Assembly (NCBI RefSeq): GCF_963921235.1
Contig: NC_086097.1
Location: 197,782,001-197,846,000, forward strand
Direction of reading: 5' to 3'
DNA from: Mobula hypostoma
Taxonomy: Eukaryota
Length of the DNA stretch: 64,000 nucleotides
Positions 60,505 to 64,000 of the stretch are shown here, piece by piece. Every line of letters starts with the position of its first letter. Within the stretch, counting starts at the first letter, position 1. The position numbers were made by a program, and so were the translations under genes. The notes below the pieces were generated by a model. That model worked only from the letters and a program-made list of their open reading frames with translations. It was not told the DNA's origin and made no database searches.

Positions 60505-62170
60505 CAACTGGAGGAGATCTTAAATAATTTTTATTACATCTGTATTTACTCAGGAGATGAACACAGAGTCCTTAGAAGTGAGGCAAAGTGGCATCAACTT
60601 CATGGACCCAGTACAGATTACAGAGGAGGAGGTGTTTTCTATCCTGAGGCAAATCAGGGTGGATAAATCCCCAGGGTCTGACAAGGTGTTCACTTGGATG
60701 CCATGGGAGTCAAGTACAGAAATTGCAGAGGCCCTAGCAGAGATATTTAAATCATCCTTAGCAACAAAAGAGGATAGCTAATGTTGTTCTGCTATTTAAG
60801 AAAGGCTGTAAACATAAATCAGGAAATTATAGGCCAGTGAGTCCCACATCTTTTGGGGAAAGTTATTGGAAGGTATTCTAAAGGACCAGATATATAAGTA
60901 TTTGGATAGACATGGACTAATTAAAGATAGTCAGCATGGCTTCATGTTTGGTAGGTCATTTCTAACTAATCTTATTGAGGTTTTTGAGAAAGGTACCAGA
61001 GAAGTGGATGAAGACAAGGCAGTGGATGTTGTCAACATGGACTTTAGCAAGGCAGTTGACAAGGTCCTACATGGGAGGTTGGTCAAGAAGGTTCAGTCGC
61101 TTGGCATTCAAAATGGGGTAGTAAATTGGATTAGATATTGGCTTTGTGGGAGAACCAGAGAGTGATGGTAGGTGATTGACTCTCTGAATGAAGGCCTGTG
61201 GCTGGTGTTATGCTGCAGGAATTGGTGCTCAGTCTGTTGTTGTTTGCCATCTATATCAATAAACTGGATGAACTGGTTAACTGGATCAGCAAATTTGCAG
61301 ATGACACCAAGATTTAGGGTGTTGTATGTTGCGAGGAAAGCTATCATGGCTTGCAGAGGGATCCCCATCAGCTGGAAAAATGGGCTGAAAATTGGAAGTT
61401 GGAAGACAAGTGTGAGATGTTGCACTTCGGAAGGACCATGCCTTATACAGTGAATGGTAGGGTACTGAGGAGTGTGGTGGACCAAAGGGATCTGGGAATA
61501 CAAGTCCATAATTCATTGAAAGTGGAGTAGATGGGGATGTAAAGAAAGCTTTTGGCATATTGCTATTCATAAATCAATGTATTGAGTACAGGAGCTGGGA
61601 TGTTAAGTTGGAGTGGTATAAAATGTGGTGAGGTCTAATTTAGAGTATTGTGTACAGTTTTGGTCACCTATCTATAGGAAAGGTGTAAATAAGGTTGACA
61701 GAGTACAGAGAAAATTTAACTAAATGTTGCCAGGTCTGGAGGGCCTGAGTTATAAGGTAACATTGAATAGGTTAGGATTTTATTCCTTAGAATGTATAAG
61801 GTTGAAAGGAGATGTGATAAAATTATGAAGGATACAGATGGGGTAAATGCAAGCAGGCTTTTTCTACTGAGGTTGGGTGGGACTATGATCAGAAGTCATG
61901 GCTGAAGGGTAAAAGGTGAAAAGTTTAAGGGGAACATGAGGTGAAACCTCTTCCACTTAAGAGGGTCGTGAGAGTATGGAATAAGCTGCCAGTCTGAGTG
62001 TTGCATGTGAGCTTGGTTTCTATGTTTAAGTGAAGTCTGGATAGGTATAAAGATATGGAGTGCTAAGGTCCTGGTGTAAGTGATGGGAATAGCAGTTTAC
62101 ATGGTTTTGGCATGGACTAGATTGGCCAAAGGGCCTGTTTCTGTGCTGAACTTCTCTGTGACCATGACTA
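60505..62170 (+). mobile_element. CR1 ORF2 3' half and 3' end
   Basis: ITEEEVFSILRQIRVDKSPG; LIKDSQHGFMFGRSFLTNLIE..VDVVNMDFSKAVDKV. Confidence 0.92.
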
Positions 62171-63544
62171 AGTCATGAAATTTTTGAGCTCTACATGAGT
62201 GCAGCAACATTTAAGTCACAGAGGAAGGAAAGGCTGTACAGTTCTGAAACAGAGATTGTTCTACATATCCCTCAAAAAGATAGATGTAGCCTGAGCTAAT
62301 CCTAGTTCCCATATCTACAGCTTTGATCTGAAGAGAGTGAATGGAGTTTAAGATTAATTTGCTCAAATGCAAAGATGAATTCAGCCAGGTTAGTTAGTGT
62401 GTTGGTGGAGGACACTAGCCTTTAGACTCTTCCAATTTGGCATAAAGGAGTAGTGGTAAACCAGAGAATTGGAAATGGGGTTAGCATAAACCAGAGAACT
62501 GTCAAAATGGCAAAGGGCTTCATGGCAAAAGTGTGGAAGTTTCTCATATTTGTGGGAAGGGTCAGGACTATGAGTGAAGGGATGTAGTTGAGGTGGGGAA
62601 AAATTATTTTGTCAGACAAAAACAGGTTAAAACAATGGATTAGTCTAGGGACATCCTGTTTCTGGTCTTGAACAGAAGGAACAACTGAGCTCTGCGGACA
62701 TGGGCATTATGGCTGGAAGCTGTGGAGGGAAGGTTACCTGTCTGTCTGAGAGACAATGGGTGATATACTGTATTCAGAGGGAGGTATAATGATGTTGGAA
62801 ATACTCAGCAGGTCAGGCTACATCTTTAGGAAGAGAAACAGAGTCAGTGTTTCTCTCCTACTACCCTCCTTTACAGGTATATAAGGATGTGTCTTGGAGC
62901 TGATGCCTGACCTCTGTAAGAATGAGGTCAGATTGCCGTACCAAAGCAACAACATTCTTGTCAGCAGATCTGGTGATGCGTTTCAATGAATTCTCAGTTA
63001 TGTTTTATGATTTTACTATTGCAGCTTTCTTTCAATCTTATTACCTTTAAAGATGTAAGAAAAGAAAGATTCAGAGGTGCGTGTTTGTTATACTGTGAGT
63101 TTTGTGATGAATTGAAAAGTATTCAATGAGCAGGCTGACTAATATAAACATAATATGTAATACCTCGAGACAATTCTGTGGTGCATATATTGCACTAAAT
63201 TAATATATAAGTGACTAAGATAAATTGGCTATGTTACAGAGATTTTGAATTTTAATCCCATTTCAACAACTTTGCCTGATTGTGACTGTGCTGGCAAACC
63301 TTCATGTTCAAAGATGAAGACAACAGTGGGAAGCAGAATCAGGTTTAATCGCCAAATGCGCTGTGTGCTCAGGTCAACATGAGAACAGCAAGCTGTCCAA
63401 TATGTTTCACAACTCTGAACGTTAGTTGGTTGACTGGCTGCTGCTTATTATGTTTTATGTGTTAGCATTTCTCATTTACGACGATATACTTGCTCTGGAG
63501 AATGTGAATTAATAAGTTCATTGGCTAGATTCCTGGGGTAAAGA

Positions 63545-63935
63545 TGTTGACATATGATGGTATGTTGAGCAAGTTGACTGTAACCTCATTGGAGTCCAGA
63601 AGAATGAGAGAGAATCTTAAGGACACATATAAGATTATGAGAGGGATTGCTGTGAGATTTTTTTTCACTATTGAGAGCATTGAAAAGCTGAGATATAGTT
63701 TTAAAATAAAAGATTGTCACTTAAGACTGAGATGAGAGAGATTTCCTCTCTCAGTGGGATACATTTCATGTGACATTCTCTACCCTGAAGAACTGTTGTG
63801 GCAAAGTCTTAGGTGTATTTAAGATGGACATGAGGGGTAGAGAGAGGAAGGGGAAGTGGTGCTGAGGGTAAGATTGGATTGATCATGAACTTATTGTTTG
63901 GTGGAGCAGTTTTGAGGGGCTTTAGTATCTTATGT
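63545..63935 (+). mobile_element. Old CR1 3' fragment
   Basis: SLESRRMRENLKDTYKIMRG. Confidence 0.65.
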
Positions 63936-64000
63936 ATCCACTATCATTTTAGTCTTCATTGCTGTGTTTCACAGCTATTATTAACATTATGTCTTTTGAG

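Overview
Vertebrate nuclear DNA, most likely a cartilaginous fish such as a ray or shark. This is inferred from the repeat mix (CR1-dominated, Neptune-type Penelope-like elements, V-SINE/HE1-like SINEs) and is not proven. No intact host gene, rRNA, tRNA or CRISPR array is recognisable. The window looks intronic or intergenic, and a large part of it is transposon-derived. Main contents: the 5' half of a young L1-clade LINE (1-2098, minus; ORF1 and start of ORF2, each with one frameshift); a Penelope-like element (PLE; RT, Cys-rich linker, GIY-YIG) at 3500-6286 with a 9-bp TSD and a minimal hammerhead ribozyme, plus several shorter relatives; many CR1 copies, three retaining zinc-finger/SGNH-esterase ORF1 remnants; Rex1/Babar and RTE fragments; two Tc1 families; tRNA-derived SINEs; a ~620-bp non-coding retroelement with a YY1-type 5' end and a 3' stem-loop; an ~800-bp polypyrimidine tract; and unique AT-rich stretches with candidate conserved elements and small exons. 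The most interesting signal is the hammerhead-bearing PLE family and its ~100-bp and inverted mini-derivatives. Hammerheads in PLEs are already known as a class, and I cannot show that a wholly new system is present. Boundaries of degenerate copies are approximate.
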